From: an uncultured virus (IMG/VR IMGVR_UViG_3300008107_000013)
Lineage: Duplodnaviria; Heunggongvirae; Uroviricota; Caudoviricetes
DNA length: 64,000 nt
IMG/VR virus record: IMGVR_UViG_3300008107_000013
Strand: one strand, 5' to 3'
The notes under the pieces were generated by a model, which saw only the letters and a list, made by a program, of their open reading frames with translations, searched no databases and was not told where the DNA came from. A program made the position numbers and the translations under genes. This document shows positions 48,985 to 57,028 of this stretch, one piece after another. Every line of letters starts with the position of its first letter. Within the stretch, counting starts at the first letter, position 1.

Positions 48985-49312
48985 TTAATGACTGTTTTAT
49001 TCTGTTGCCAAGAAAAACAGTCTAAAAACTCCGGCTATCCTAATCAGGCTGCCAGTGCAAATCTTTCATCGTTTGCATTTATTACATTTCACTTTTAACG
49101 TCTATCTGGTGACGGATCGTCCATCTCTCTACTCTTTGCCCTGTCGAAACCTTGTCACCCCCAATGAAACATACTGTCTACACTCACTTACGATTTTATA
49201 CGTAACCAGCGGTAGTGCAAAACCTGCTCATGCGTTTTTACAATATGCTTCGGTGGAGGTGGGGGGAATCGAACCCCCGTCCAGAACACCTTTCAATTAA
49301 CTTCATACGATC
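48985..49312 (-). ncRNA. ssrA: Circularly permuted (two-piece) tmRNA gene, tag ANDERFALAA
   Basis: Acceptor piece (T-arm GGGGG-TTCGATT-CCCCC, then CACCTCCA at about 49278-49254) lies upstream of the coding piece starting GGGGGTGACAAGGTTTCGAC at 49162; G3-U70 pair; tag ORF at 49076-49044. Outer ends are approximate. Confidence 0.92.
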
Positions 49313-49318
49313 ATAAAC

Positions 49319-49326
49319 TATTTATA
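49319..49326 (-). promoter_or_regulatory. T4 late promoter TATAAATA driving the tmRNA
   Basis: Exact TATAAATA immediately upstream of the acceptor piece. Confidence 0.75.
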
Positions 49327-49441
49327 GTTTAAAACAACTTTCAAAGTATGCTGGACCAGATAACTGGGTTAGCTCGTTCTAGGCATCCGGTGTAGGCAAA
49401 ACATTACTGCTTGCCAGATCCAACATACTAACCATTAAATA

Positions 49442-49606
49442 TTACTTCTTTGCTGCTTCCTTCTTTACTTCCTTCTTTTCCTCTTTCTTCTCTACCTTCT
49501 TTTCAGCTTTAGGAGCTTCTGGTTTGGTAGGATGATCTTTCTTTGGTTGAGCAAAGGATGTAGTTGCAAAAGCGGTCATAACTGCGGCAATTAAAACTTT
49601 TTTCAT
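49442..49606 (-). CDS. Small secreted Lys/Glu-rich protein
   Basis: MKKVLIAAVMTAFATTSFA-QPKKDHP..EKKEEKKEVKKEAAKK; GGAG Shine-Dalgarno; signal peptide. Confidence 0.7.
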   Translation of the reverse strand: MKKVLIAAVMTAFATTSFAQPKKDHPTKPEAPKAEKKVEKKEEKKEVKKEAAKK

Positions 49607-49731
49607 AAAATTCTCCGTTAATTAAATTGTACTCGTCATCCTTAAGTAGCCCAGGTCTACCAAAGGGTAGAGGGTACTACATCTAGCTTAGACTTAACCT
49701 AGATTGTAGCGCCCTGTACTTATAAAATCAA

Positions 49732-50664
49732 CTATGCTGCTTCTGCGTACTCAATAGCTTTCTCAAGAGCTTTGACCTTAAGTGTTTTATTAGGTCCGTA
49801 CCATGCGCTTGAAAGACGTGAGTCAGCCGAACGCCCTACTAAGTGATCGGTCATATAAGTTACAGCGTTGAAAGGTTGCCACCACGTACCTTCTGCAAAC
49901 TTTGCACCTGGCTGTTTGTTAAGAACATCAAGAGCTCGGAAAGCATTGCGAGACATTTCCTTTTCTTTACTCGACATAGCAGGAAACACTTCCATAAAGT
50001 ACTCTTTAACTTTCTCTGCTTTGTACTTTTTAGATCCTAGGAATTGAGCCATCTCTTTGTATTTGGCTAGTTTATGAGTTGCAATTCCTAACTGCTCTTT
50101 AACCTTTGCAGCATCAAAAGCCGACCGATGCGATACTTTAACCATATTGTCATTTTTTGATGCTAGACTTAAAGTTAAAGTATTATTGCATACAACTCGA
50201 ACAGGAGTAAAACGAACGTCAATAGATTGACCAAACTTATGAGGATTAGTAAAGAGTAAGTAAGAGTCTACCTGATCGCCCTTGAACAATTCAAAAGAAT
50301 CTTTAACCTTTGCTAAAGCCCAAACAATCTGACCTTCTTTCAGTGATCCTGCTGTATGCATTTCAAGATCTCCTGTGCGACAATATTCATCAAAGAACTC
50401 AAATGCTTCTGCGTTCTGAACTGGATTCCAGTCGCTAGAAACAACATCGAGAATCTTATCATCAGTATTACGTACTAATGCTGACCAACCTACGTTTACT
50501 TTTTTATCTTTAATAGTAGCAAATGCTGGAACTTTTTGTACTTCCCAGTCAACTTTTGCTTTCTTTAACATCTGTGCTGGTGACAGATCAGCAGGAACTT
50601 TTTCGCCTAACCCGTGCCATGGTACAGATCCTGCATACGCCATTGTTTCAACTAAGTGTGCCAT
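49732..50664 (-). CDS. DUF932 family protein
   Basis: MAH.VETMAY.G..PWHGLG, VQN.EAF.FF, TAGSL..G..VW.LA, TPVRVVCNNTL. Confidence 0.88.
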   Translation of the reverse strand: MAHLVETMAYAGSVPWHGLGEKVPADLSPAQMLKKAKVDWEVQKVPAFATIKDKKVNVGWSALVRNTDDKILDVVSSDWNPVQNAEAFEFFDEYCRTGDLEMHTAGSLKEGQIVWALAKVKDSFELFKGDQVDSYLLFTNPHKFGQSIDVRFTPVRVVCNNTLTLSLASKNDNMVKVSHRSAFDAAKVKEQLGIATHKLAKYKEMAQFLGSKKYKAEKVKEYFMEVFPAMSSKEKEMSRNAFRALDVLNKQPGAKFAEGTWWQPFNAVTYMTDHLVGRSADSRLSSAWYGPNKTLKVKALEKAIEYAEAA

Positions 50665-50676
50665 TACAATTTTCCT

Positions 50677-50781
50677 TTATAGACTTTGAACAAACGTTGA
50701 TGCTGCTGTCCACATTACTTCAGCCAAATACGGCTTACATAAAAGGACTCCGACTACTGCTCCTACTAAAAACTTACCCAT
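50677..50781 (-). CDS. Small hydrophobic protein (34 aa)
   Basis: MGKFLVGAVVGVLLCKPYLAEVMWTAASTFVQSL with AAGGAG Shine-Dalgarno, downstream of an early promoter. Confidence 0.55.
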   Translation of the reverse strand: MGKFLVGAVVGVLLCKPYLAEVMWTAASTFVQSL

Positions 50782-50812
50782 TACTAACTCCTTTTTGCTC
50801 TATCATTTTATT

Positions 50813-50841
50813 ATTATAACGAGAATAAAAAATTAAGGCAA
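50813..50841 (-). promoter_or_regulatory. Sigma70-type early promoter
   Basis: TTGCCT-17 nt-TATAAT. Confidence 0.7.
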
Positions 50842-50842
50842 C

Positions 50843-50868
50843 AAAAAAAAGCCCGCGAATGCGGGCTT
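50843..50868 (-). terminator. Rho-independent terminator
   Basis: GCCCGC-ATTC-GCGGGC followed by T8. Confidence 0.85.
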
Positions 50869-50889
50869 AGTCATATATTTAGTCATACG

Positions 50890-51015
50890 TCATTCTAAAT
50901 CATTTCGAATTTTCCCTCCAAGTTTTTGAATGACTTCATCGATACGAGTCCTCCAATAACTAGGAACAAAACATCTAAGAGTGTTTAGAAACTTGACTAA
51001 ATCTTTACCTTCCAT
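50890..51015 (-). CDS. Small hypothetical protein (41 aa)
   Basis: MEGKDLVKFLNTLRCFVPSYWRTRIDEVIQKLGG..; starts right after the upstream stop and ends before the terminator. Confidence 0.45.
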   Translation of the reverse strand: MEGKDLVKFLNTLRCFVPSYWRTRIDEVIQKLGGKIRNDLE

Positions 51016-51016
51016 G

Positions 51017-51226
51017 CTATGACTTATCTACAAATGACTTCAGCTTCTCGGCTTCCAACAAGATTTGCTGGGTGTCGGGAAACTCAGGAACTTCAGTGAT
51101 GGGTAGATTACGCTTGTCGGCGTTTGATTTAACAACTTCCCAGTTAGTGTAGTAACGCTGGTTAAGTTGATCTTGAGCGAGCTTGATAAGCTCGAGACGG
51201 ATTTCATACGGAGTTTTAGCTGTCAT
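51017..51226 (-). CDS. Conserved small hypothetical phage protein
   Basis: KTPYEIRLEL.K.A..P....IL..AE.L..FV; AAAGGA Shine-Dalgarno. Confidence 0.7.
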   Translation of the reverse strand: MTAKTPYEIRLELIKLAQDQLNQRYYTNWEVVKSNADKRNLPITEVPEFPDTQQILLEAEKLKSFVDKS

Positions 51227-51284
51227 GGTACTTCCTTTCTGTGTTGTGTGTGTAGTGCCAGCTTATGCTGGCTTATTATATAGC

Positions 51285-51361
51285 TGGTACCCCGGGAGGG
51301 ACTTGAACCCCCGACCAAGCGATTATGAGTCGCCTGCTCTGACCGACTGAGCTACCAGGGC
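51285..51361 (-). tRNA. tRNA-Ile2 (CAU, lysidine type)
   Basis: Full cloverleaf with CCA; anticodon arm GGCGA-CTCATAA-TCGCT matches the tRNA-Ile2 pattern rather than initiator Met. Confidence 0.88.
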
Positions 51362-51366
51362 AATTT

Positions 51367-51879
51367 TTAACTGTTTAGAACTTTTGCAACGGAGTTTATT
51401 ACTGCTGCTACTCGACCAACATCCCTTAGTTGTTCAATTGTCATACCTTCTTTACGAAGGGTGTCATAATGTGCTTTAACACAGAAATGGCACTTACCAA
51501 CAATAGATGCGGCTAGGGAGTATGTTTCAAAGTTTAGTTTGGTAGTCCCGCCGTGTGTGGCAATTGCATTCATTCTAAGCTGGGCTGGAAGGCCCTTAAG
51601 CTGTTCGTCTTCGGTCATTTCAACGTAAGGATACCATACATTGTTTTGAGCCATAATAGCAGATGCTATTAGCGCGGCGTCTCGTTCTTTGGTATCTTCA
51701 ATACCTGACTGTATAAGTGAGACGAGTTTTCCATTACCTGTTGCCATAGCTGCGGCAAGCGCGCAACCAGAAGCCATCCCAGCGTCAATAGTAGAACGAT
51801 TAATAACGGCATCCAAATTAAGTCTTGTGTCTTTAGCATATTCCGGTAATGCCTCCTTTAATTGATCGACCCAACTCAT
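51367..51879 (-). CDS. ahpD: Alkylhydroperoxidase AhpD
   Basis: LPEYAKD.RLNL, MAQNNVWY, LRMN.I..HGG, LAASIVGKCHFCV.AH. Confidence 0.93.
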   Translation of the reverse strand: MSWVDQLKEALPEYAKDTRLNLDAVINRSTIDAGMASGCALAAAMATGNGKLVSLIQSGIEDTKERDAALIASAIMAQNNVWYPYVEMTEDEQLKGLPAQLRMNAIATHGGTTKLNFETYSLAASIVGKCHFCVKAHYDTLRKEGMTIEQLRDVGRVAAVINSVAKVLNS

Positions 51880-52412
51880 AGAGTCTCACCGCCGACGGTG
51901 CGGTTGCATGCACATAGTTCCCCAGTTTGAAGAGCATCTAAAACACGTAGCGTTTCCTCAGGAGAACGTCCAACATTGAGATTGTTAACTGTTACATGTT
52001 GAATAACATTATCTGGGTCAACAATAAATGTAGCGCGCAATGCAGCACCCGCGGGATTATAAAATACACCAAGCTGTTCTATTAAAGATTTTTCCCAATT
52101 ACGTTGGGTGTCAGCAAACTGGATGTGCCTAATTTTAGAAAGATCAGGATGAGCTTTCTGCCATGCGAGCTTGCAGAACTCATTATCAGTGGAGCCGGTT
52201 AGTAGCACAGCATCCCTATCGGCAAAGTCTTGAAAAAGCTTATCATATGCTACAATCTCTGTCGGGCAGACAAATGTAAAGTCTTTAGGATAATAAACAA
52301 TTATTTTCCACTTATAATCAAATGATTTTTCCGTAATGTCAAAAAACTGGTCGCTACCAGGATTCACTCCAGTTACTACAAAAGGTTCTAACTTATCGCC
52401 TACTGTTTTCAT
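51876..52412 (-). CDS. ahpC: Peroxiredoxin AhpC
   Basis: YPKDFTFVCPTEI, ALRATFIVDP, VGR..ETLRVLDALQTGELC. Confidence 0.95.
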   Translation of the reverse strand: MKTVGDKLEPFVVTGVNPGSDQFFDITEKSFDYKWKIIVYYPKDFTFVCPTEIVAYDKLFQDFADRDAVLLTGSTDNEFCKLAWQKAHPDLSKIRHIQFADTQRNWEKSLIEQLGVFYNPAGAALRATFIVDPDNVIQHVTVNNLNVGRSPEETLRVLDALQTGELCACNRTVGGETL

Positions 52413-52533
52413 TTTTTCTCCAATTCATAAGAGCACCATTGCTCTATCATAAAATATATATTCTATTAACTACTGTGTATTAATAGTTTTAACAAATAAT
52501 TGTTTTAATGGCAGCCATTGAAAAAATTAATAA

Positions 52534-52609
52534 TGGCCTGACTGGCAGGGATCGAACCTGCGACCCACAGCTTAGAAGGCTGTTGCTCTATCCACTGAGC
52601 TACAGTCAG
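52534..52609 (-). tRNA. tRNA-Arg (UCU)
   Basis: CTGACTG/CAGTCAG acceptor stem, loop CT-TCT-AA, TTCGA T-loop, CCA. Confidence 0.93.
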
Positions 52610-52613
52610 ATAT

Positions 52614-52814
52614 CTATTTCAAAGCAGGCTTGTCTAATGCTTCTAAAACACAGTCTTCCGTAGATAAGATATCTTGATAGTCGTCTTTGTATGAATTAGG
52701 GCTGGGTAAGTCACTATAATGATCCCAGTTATCTTTTTTAAAAATCTTATCCCAGTTATCTTCAAACGTTTTGCGATCAACAGAAAACGGTCTTGACATA
52801 CTTCCTTTGCTCAT
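52614..52814 (-). CDS. Small hypothetical protein
   Basis: KGS..RPFSV....F..NWDKIF motif common in freshwater phages. Confidence 0.6.
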   Translation of the reverse strand: MSKGSMSRPFSVDRKTFEDNWDKIFKKDNWDHYSDLPSPNSYKDDYQDILSTEDCVLEALDKPALK

Positions 52815-52817
52815 AAT

Positions 52818-52991
52818 TTATTTGCTTTGATATCTAACGCGGCAAGACACCGACATCTGTGAGTTTGCTTGTTTAAGTGCTTTTTCATAGGTATTTTTTT
52901 TCGCCAAACAATCCTTCTCGTGTTTAAATTCGTCCACGATAGCAAAATTATCTACAACTCCTAACCAAATAATAAGTAAATAAGACACCAT
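52818..52991 (-). CDS. Small hypothetical protein with hydrophobic N-terminus
   Basis: MVSYLLIIWLG..F....DC..SC; AGGAGG Shine-Dalgarno. Confidence 0.6.
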   Translation of the reverse strand: MVSYLLIIWLGVVDNFAIVDEFKHEKDCLAKKNTYEKALKQANSQMSVSCRVRYQSK

Positions 52992-53005
52992 AGCTGCCTC
53001 CTATT

Positions 53006-53079
53006 TGGTGCCCCGTGACAGAATCGAACTGCCGATTGATGATTACAAATCAACTGTTATACCATTTAACTAACAGGGC
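53006..53079 (-). tRNA. tRNA-Thr (UGU)
   Basis: GCCCTGT/ACGGGGC acceptor stem, loop TT-TGT-AA, TTCGA T-loop, CCA; one mismatch in the anticodon stem. Confidence 0.85.
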
Positions 53080-53084
53080 GATAA

Positions 53085-53579
53085 TTAAACTTTCTGTAAA
53101 TCTTTCTTAACCAGGTATACGTAGGTATATGCGTTTTGTTTGGTAACTTCTAATGCTTCCATAACCTTTGTAATTACAAAAGCCTCGCCTTGCTCTTTGT
53201 GTTCAAAGTATAGTTGCTTGGCTACTTCTCTCTTTGAGCCTTTTCTACTTACTGGTGTTTGCCCTTGGACCTGCTCCCCCGCGTTAAAAGCATTTTCACC
53301 AATTAGTGTTTTAAGAGTTACAACACTGCGATTAGCGCGCTCAACTATTGCATCAGGTGAAACGTCCTCGCCGTTAACGAGCTTTTCTACGGCACTCATA
53401 ACGAAGACGTATGCTTTGCGTTGATTGTTTTCGTTAGGAAGTCCAAAGCTTGACATAATCTGATTTGCTGCTTTTAGCCGATCAGGTTGATTGTCAAGAT
53501 AGTCTCGCGTACGTTGAATAGCAATGACGGGTGACATACCTTGAGAAACGTTAATCTTTTTAAGTACGGCTGCACTCAT
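53085..53579 (-). CDS. Early hypothetical protein with a possible C-terminal helix-turn-helix
   Basis: SKREVAKQLY..VMEALEVTKQNAYTYVY; directly behind a sigma70 promoter. Confidence 0.6.
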   Translation of the reverse strand: MSAAVLKKINVSQGMSPVIAIQRTRDYLDNQPDRLKAANQIMSSFGLPNENNQRKAYVFVMSAVEKLVNGEDVSPDAIVERANRSVVTLKTLIGENAFNAGEQVQGQTPVSRKGSKREVAKQLYFEHKEQGEAFVITKVMEALEVTKQNAYTYVYLVKKDLQKV

Positions 53580-53607
53580 ATAATCTCCTAATTTTTCAGT
53601 ACATTTA

Positions 53608-53636
53608 ATTATATGAAATTATGAAAATTAAAGCAA
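53608..53636 (-). promoter_or_regulatory. Sigma70-type early promoter
   Basis: TTGCTT-17 nt-TATAAT. Confidence 0.7.
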
Positions 53637-53638
53637 CC

Positions 53639-54313
53639 CTACGTCTTGCTCTGGTTTAAATGATATGACTTAAATATTGTCATGACTTCGCTGACGTATT
53701 CTTCTTTGCGTTTAAAAAATACTTGAGGTTGGTCGTCCTCTACGGCTATGAGGATTGCAATATAAGGAACCTCCAGATTATACCTCTCCTCTATCATCAT
53801 AGCATAGGCAGTAGATTGTAAGAAGTAGCTTTTAATCCATTCTTCTTTTTTAAGACTCTTGGATGTTTTATAGTCAGCCACGCACGGGTATCCATCATAC
53901 TTACAAAACACATCGCAGGAACCTGCTGTCTTTAAAACATCTGAATAGAGGAAAAGTTCTACTCCCATTACTTCAGTAATACTAGCATCAACTCGAGGTT
54001 TAAGTTGGCGAAATAACATCTTACTAATGGGATTGGCATTGGCAAGATAATCACTTTTATTTAATACATAGTCTTCCATTATCTTGTGAAGCTTTGTACC
54101 GCGATTGGCTGCTTGAGCAGTAATCTTTTTAGCCTGATCGTGACCTATTCTGTCCCTCCACTCCTGTATGCCTTTCTTGCTTAATGTAGAAAGTACGGAA
54201 GTTACAGAGGGATATTTTTCACCAGATGGTGTAACGTAAAATCTCTTACCGTCAATCTCGACTCGCTCTAAAGAAAGACTGGGTAAGAATTTATGTTCGA
54301 ATAGTTGAGCCAC
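53639..54313 (-). CDS. PD-(D/E)XK exonuclease
   Basis: R.Y.TP.G.KYPSVT.VL, RGT.LH..E, AG..D, DYKTS, YFLQ..AYA.M. Confidence 0.88.
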   Translation of the reverse strand: MAQLFEHKFLPSLSLERVEIDGKRFYVTPSGEKYPSVTSVLSTLSKKGIQEWRDRIGHDQAKKITAQAANRGTKLHKIMEDYVLNKSDYLANANPISKMLFRQLKPRVDASITEVMGVELFLYSDVLKTAGSCDVFCKYDGYPCVADYKTSKSLKKEEWIKSYFLQSTAYAMMIEERYNLEVPYIAILIAVEDDQPQVFFKRKEEYVSEVMTIFKSYHLNQSKT

Positions 54314-54527
54314 GATGTTTTGATTTAATATTTTTAAGAAGATCTTTGAAGCCAGCGGCTGGTTTTTTTATTCCTGCTCGGACTGGATCCATAACCCCTG
54401 GCGCTTGCTCGTCAAAATGTCTTTCTAGATGAGGGTTGTTCTTTTTAAAATTGTCGTACTCAGACATCTTGCATGTATGTTCTTCTATCTGTTTTGTCTG
54501 AGTGTTCAAAAAAGTGTATGTTGGCAT
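54291..54527 (-). CDS. FmdB-like small protein
   Basis: MPTY.F.N..T..GF.D.L..IK..H. Confidence 0.65.
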   Translation of the reverse strand: MPTYTFLNTQTKQIEEHTCKMSEYDNFKKNNPHLERHFDEQAPGVMDPVRAGIKKPAAGFKDLLKNIKSKHRGSTIRT

Positions 54528-54639
54528 TATTTTTTATTTGCAGCTCTTCGCTTGCGCCAAATATAGTTAGTAATGTTTATAGAAATATTCTCTACAAAGC
54601 CCATGGCCTTGCTACGCCAAAACCAGTTCATAAAGTCTC

Positions 54640-54813
54640 CTAAATTGCTTCTTCGTAACTCATAATCTTTTTTAAATCTTTTGCTCTAAACGCGTTATCA
54701 AAGTTTCTTGGCTGTTTGTTTTTTACCTGCTTAGATTTCTTTGCAATATGATGGCTATTTGCATAATCATCAAAAACAGCCTGTTTGTTATTTTTGCGTG
54801 ATGTCTTGCTCAT
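54640..54813 (-). CDS. Small basic hypothetical protein
   Basis: MSKTSRKNNKQAVFDDY..; GAGGAG Shine-Dalgarno within the upstream gene. Confidence 0.5.
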   Translation of the reverse strand: MSKTSRKNNKQAVFDDYANSHHIAKKSKQVKNKQPRNFDNAFRAKDLKKIMSYEEAI

Positions 54814-55237
54814 TGTTCTCCTCTTGCGGCAAAAGATCAGGGAAAGCTTGTCTTACTATTTTTTCTGTAATACCCTTAAATGGAAGTTTTTTATCTTTAA
54901 CAGATAAAAGTAACTTTGCGTCTTCAGAGTCTATTGATTCAAGTAACTGAATAAAAAGAAACTCTCTTCTGAGTGGCTTAAGATTGGGATTACCCCCCTC
55001 CACAAATAGATATAATCTTTTTATTTCAGAATATAGACGGCCGTCAGCATCGTAGCCTTCAAATGGTCTGTAAGGAGGGTTTCCTTTTGGTAGAATAAAT
55101 TTAAGGTTCTTATCATACACGTATCGTAATAGCTCTTTTACAGCAACCGATCCGTTTTGTCTTAAAAATAAATGCCGATCAGAGGCAGGAGTAAACTCAG
55201 ATACTTCTTTTAAAATTAGTGATAGTTTTTTTCTCAT
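54788..55237 (-). CDS. Conserved T4-like hypothetical protein downstream of RNase H
   Basis: LP.G.PPY, L..E..RLY.FV.GG...L...RRE.LFIQLLE.I...DA.LL...KDK. Confidence 0.75.
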   Translation of the reverse strand: MRKKLSLILKEVSEFTPASDRHLFLRQNGSVAVKELLRYVYDKNLKFILPKGNPPYRPFEGYDADGRLYSEIKRLYLFVEGGNPNLKPLRREFLFIQLLESIDSEDAKLLLSVKDKKLPFKGITEKIVRQAFPDLLPQEENNEQDITQK

Positions 55238-56088
55238 AGAAAATCTTCAATCTTTTCGGCAAGGGTTTTAAGGTTGTGCTTGGCAAAATAAAGTTCAAGT
55301 TTATCCGAGGGTCTATTGGCCTGTTTCTCGTATTCAAAAAGAATTTTTTCTTGTATGTTTTGAGGGACGTAAGTTAAATCAATCAGCGTTTCGTTACGAA
55401 TCCAATTTTTGAGCAGATCGTCTTTGAAGTATTCTCTTGGATTGGCAATGTGGATGTATTTGTTTACAAACATTTTCTTTTGACGTTCGCCATTAACGAT
55501 ACAATCATCGTTTGAGAGAATGTTAGGTATACCGTCGCCACGGTCACCTTTAAGAATTAATTCACGTGTAAACATTACGGGGTTGTTATGAGTTATAAAC
55601 TTTTTTCTAACTGGATCATACTGACTAACGTTACCATAAATGTGAAGCTGAGCAAAATCTTTATCGCCGGAAAGAATTAGTATCTTATCTCCTGTATTTA
55701 GCATGTTACCAAATTTATGTACAAGTGTGCCAATTATATCATCGGCTTCAGCGTGATCTACTTGTATAACACGATACGGTGATACTTCTTTTAGCTCGTT
55801 TCTAACTTTATTAAGTATGTTAAAAATGTTAGACCAGTCTATCTCAGATGTTTCTCTATCCTTTTTTCTATTTGCTTTATACTGTGGAAACACCTGCTTA
55901 CGCCAGACGTTCTTATCATCGCACGCAATAATAAGATCTCCATACTCTTTAAACCTTGATTTTAACGAACGAATAGAATTAAGAACCATGTGTCTAAACA
56001 GGCTCTCATCAATTTTAACATCAGTATGATTTCCAATTTGTGCCATAAAGTTGGATATCATGACCTGATTTAAGTCTAGGATGATCAT
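55234..56088 (-). CDS. rnh: T4-type RNase H (5'-3' exonuclease)
   Basis: WRK..FP.YKANRKK, EADD.I, ILSGDKDF.QL, GD.GDGIPN. Confidence 0.93.
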   Translation of the reverse strand: MIILDLNQVMISNFMAQIGNHTDVKIDESLFRHMVLNSIRSLKSRFKEYGDLIIACDDKNVWRKQVFPQYKANRKKDRETSEIDWSNIFNILNKVRNELKEVSPYRVIQVDHAEADDIIGTLVHKFGNMLNTGDKILILSGDKDFAQLHIYGNVSQYDPVRKKFITHNNPVMFTRELILKGDRGDGIPNILSNDDCIVNGERQKKMFVNKYIHIANPREYFKDDLLKNWIRNETLIDLTYVPQNIQEKILFEYEKQANRPSDKLELYFAKHNLKTLAEKIEDFL

Positions 56089-56095
56089 TTTTATA

Positions 56096-56124
56096 ATTAT
56101 AAAGGCATTACATAATTAAATCAA
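56096..56124 (-). promoter_or_regulatory. Sigma70-type early promoter
   Basis: TTGATT-17 nt-TATAAT; the rnh ATG lies 7 nt after the -10 box. Confidence 0.6.
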
Positions 56125-56414
56125 TCGATTAGGCGTATAGTACTTTCCGCTGCTTTCTGTAAAGGATGCTCTAGTCCTTTTTCTCTAAAGATAGCTGACT
56201 TAACCGATTCACAAATTAACCCTATGTCATAGTCATTTTTTAATTCAATAGTAAATGTTTCCAAGCTTTGCATAAGACCCGAAACTACATTGTCAGTGAT
56301 CGTATCAATAGCGTCTATTTTATTTTTTGTAACTTGATCTATTACTTTATCAACAGTAAGCTCGCCGTGTAGTGCGTCGGGAGCAGGGAACAATATTACA
56401 TTATTTGCTCTCAT
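56121..56414 (-). CDS. Hypothetical protein
   Basis: NVI.FP N-terminus and HPLQ motif; coupled to the upstream gene. Confidence 0.6.
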   Translation of the reverse strand: MRANNVILFPAPDALHGELTVDKVIDQVTKNKIDAIDTITDNVVSGLMQSLETFTIELKNDYDIGLICESVKSAIFREKGLEHPLQKAAESTIRLID

Positions 56415-57028
56415 TAAAAAACAACTTTCTCAACCGGTACTAACAAATGTTTTCTTCTAATATATTGTGCCATCGTATGCATTAAAGCTTGATGTGCATC
56501 TTCAACTATACCGTAATTATTATCTTTAACGTGCAAAAATATGTCGGCTTTTCTTTTAGCTTCTCCGCCATCAAACCCGACTAGTGCAATATTATACATT
56601 CCAAGGCTTGTAGCGGTATCTATAGCATTTAGAATATTTTTTGATTTTCCGCTAGATGATATTGTAACTAAAACATCACCTTTGTTACCGAGATACATTA
56701 GTTGTTGTTTAAAAATCTCACTGTAGGAAATATCATTTGAAATAGCAGTAATTAAACTCATATTACTTACCAGACTAATGACACGCGGAAATAAGGATGT
56801 ATTAGTATTAATTCCTTTACAGTGGTCACAGGTAAAATGTTCGGAGATGGCGGCAGATCCGCCATTACCACACACAAATATTTGTTTGTTATTAATTATA
56901 GCATCTTCTAGTGTATGGGTAGCAAGATTAAATTGGAGGTCATCCACTGAGCTCAAAGCTATGTGGAGCTGGGAAGAATAAAAATCAAGTGCGTGACTTG
57001 GTTCGTTAAAACTTTGTTGTGTTGTCAT
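56414..57028 (-). CDS. gmhA: Sedoheptulose-7-phosphate isomerase (SIS domain)
   Basis: CGNGGSAA..EH, ITAISND..Y..IF..Q, GDVL..ISSSG.S.N, GFDGG, EDAH...H. Confidence 0.88.
   Translation of the reverse strand: MTTQQSFNEPSHALDFYSSQLHIALSSVDDLQFNLATHTLEDAIINNKQIFVCGNGGSAAISEHFTCDHCKGINTNTSLFPRVISLVSNMSLITAISNDISYSEIFKQQLMYLGNKGDVLVTISSSGKSKNILNAIDTATSLGMYNIALVGFDGGEAKRKADIFLHVKDNNYGIVEDAHQALMHTMAQYIRRKHLLVPVEKVVF

Noticed and set aside
49251..49285. Isolated tRNA 3' half as an attachment site or tRNA pseudogene
   Set aside because: It pairs with the downstream GGGGGTG and is explained as the acceptor piece of the permuted tmRNA; no integrase is present.
49055..49300. 81-aa plus-strand ORF
   Set aside because: It is antisense to the tmRNA gene and has no protein-like features.
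51228..51275. CA-rich leader (ACACACACAACACAG) plus a small GCCAGC hairpin
   Set aside because: Probably an unstructured translation enhancer or tRNA trailer; too short to support a separate element.
53006..53079. Reading this tRNA as Tyr (GUA)
   Set aside because: Stem pairing centres the loop on UGU, and the long variable arm of bacterial tRNA-Tyr is absent.
53639..54313. Cas4-like nuclease as part of a CRISPR system
   Set aside because: It lacks the Cas4 Cys cluster and any array, and matches the common T4-like PD-(D/E)XK exonuclease.
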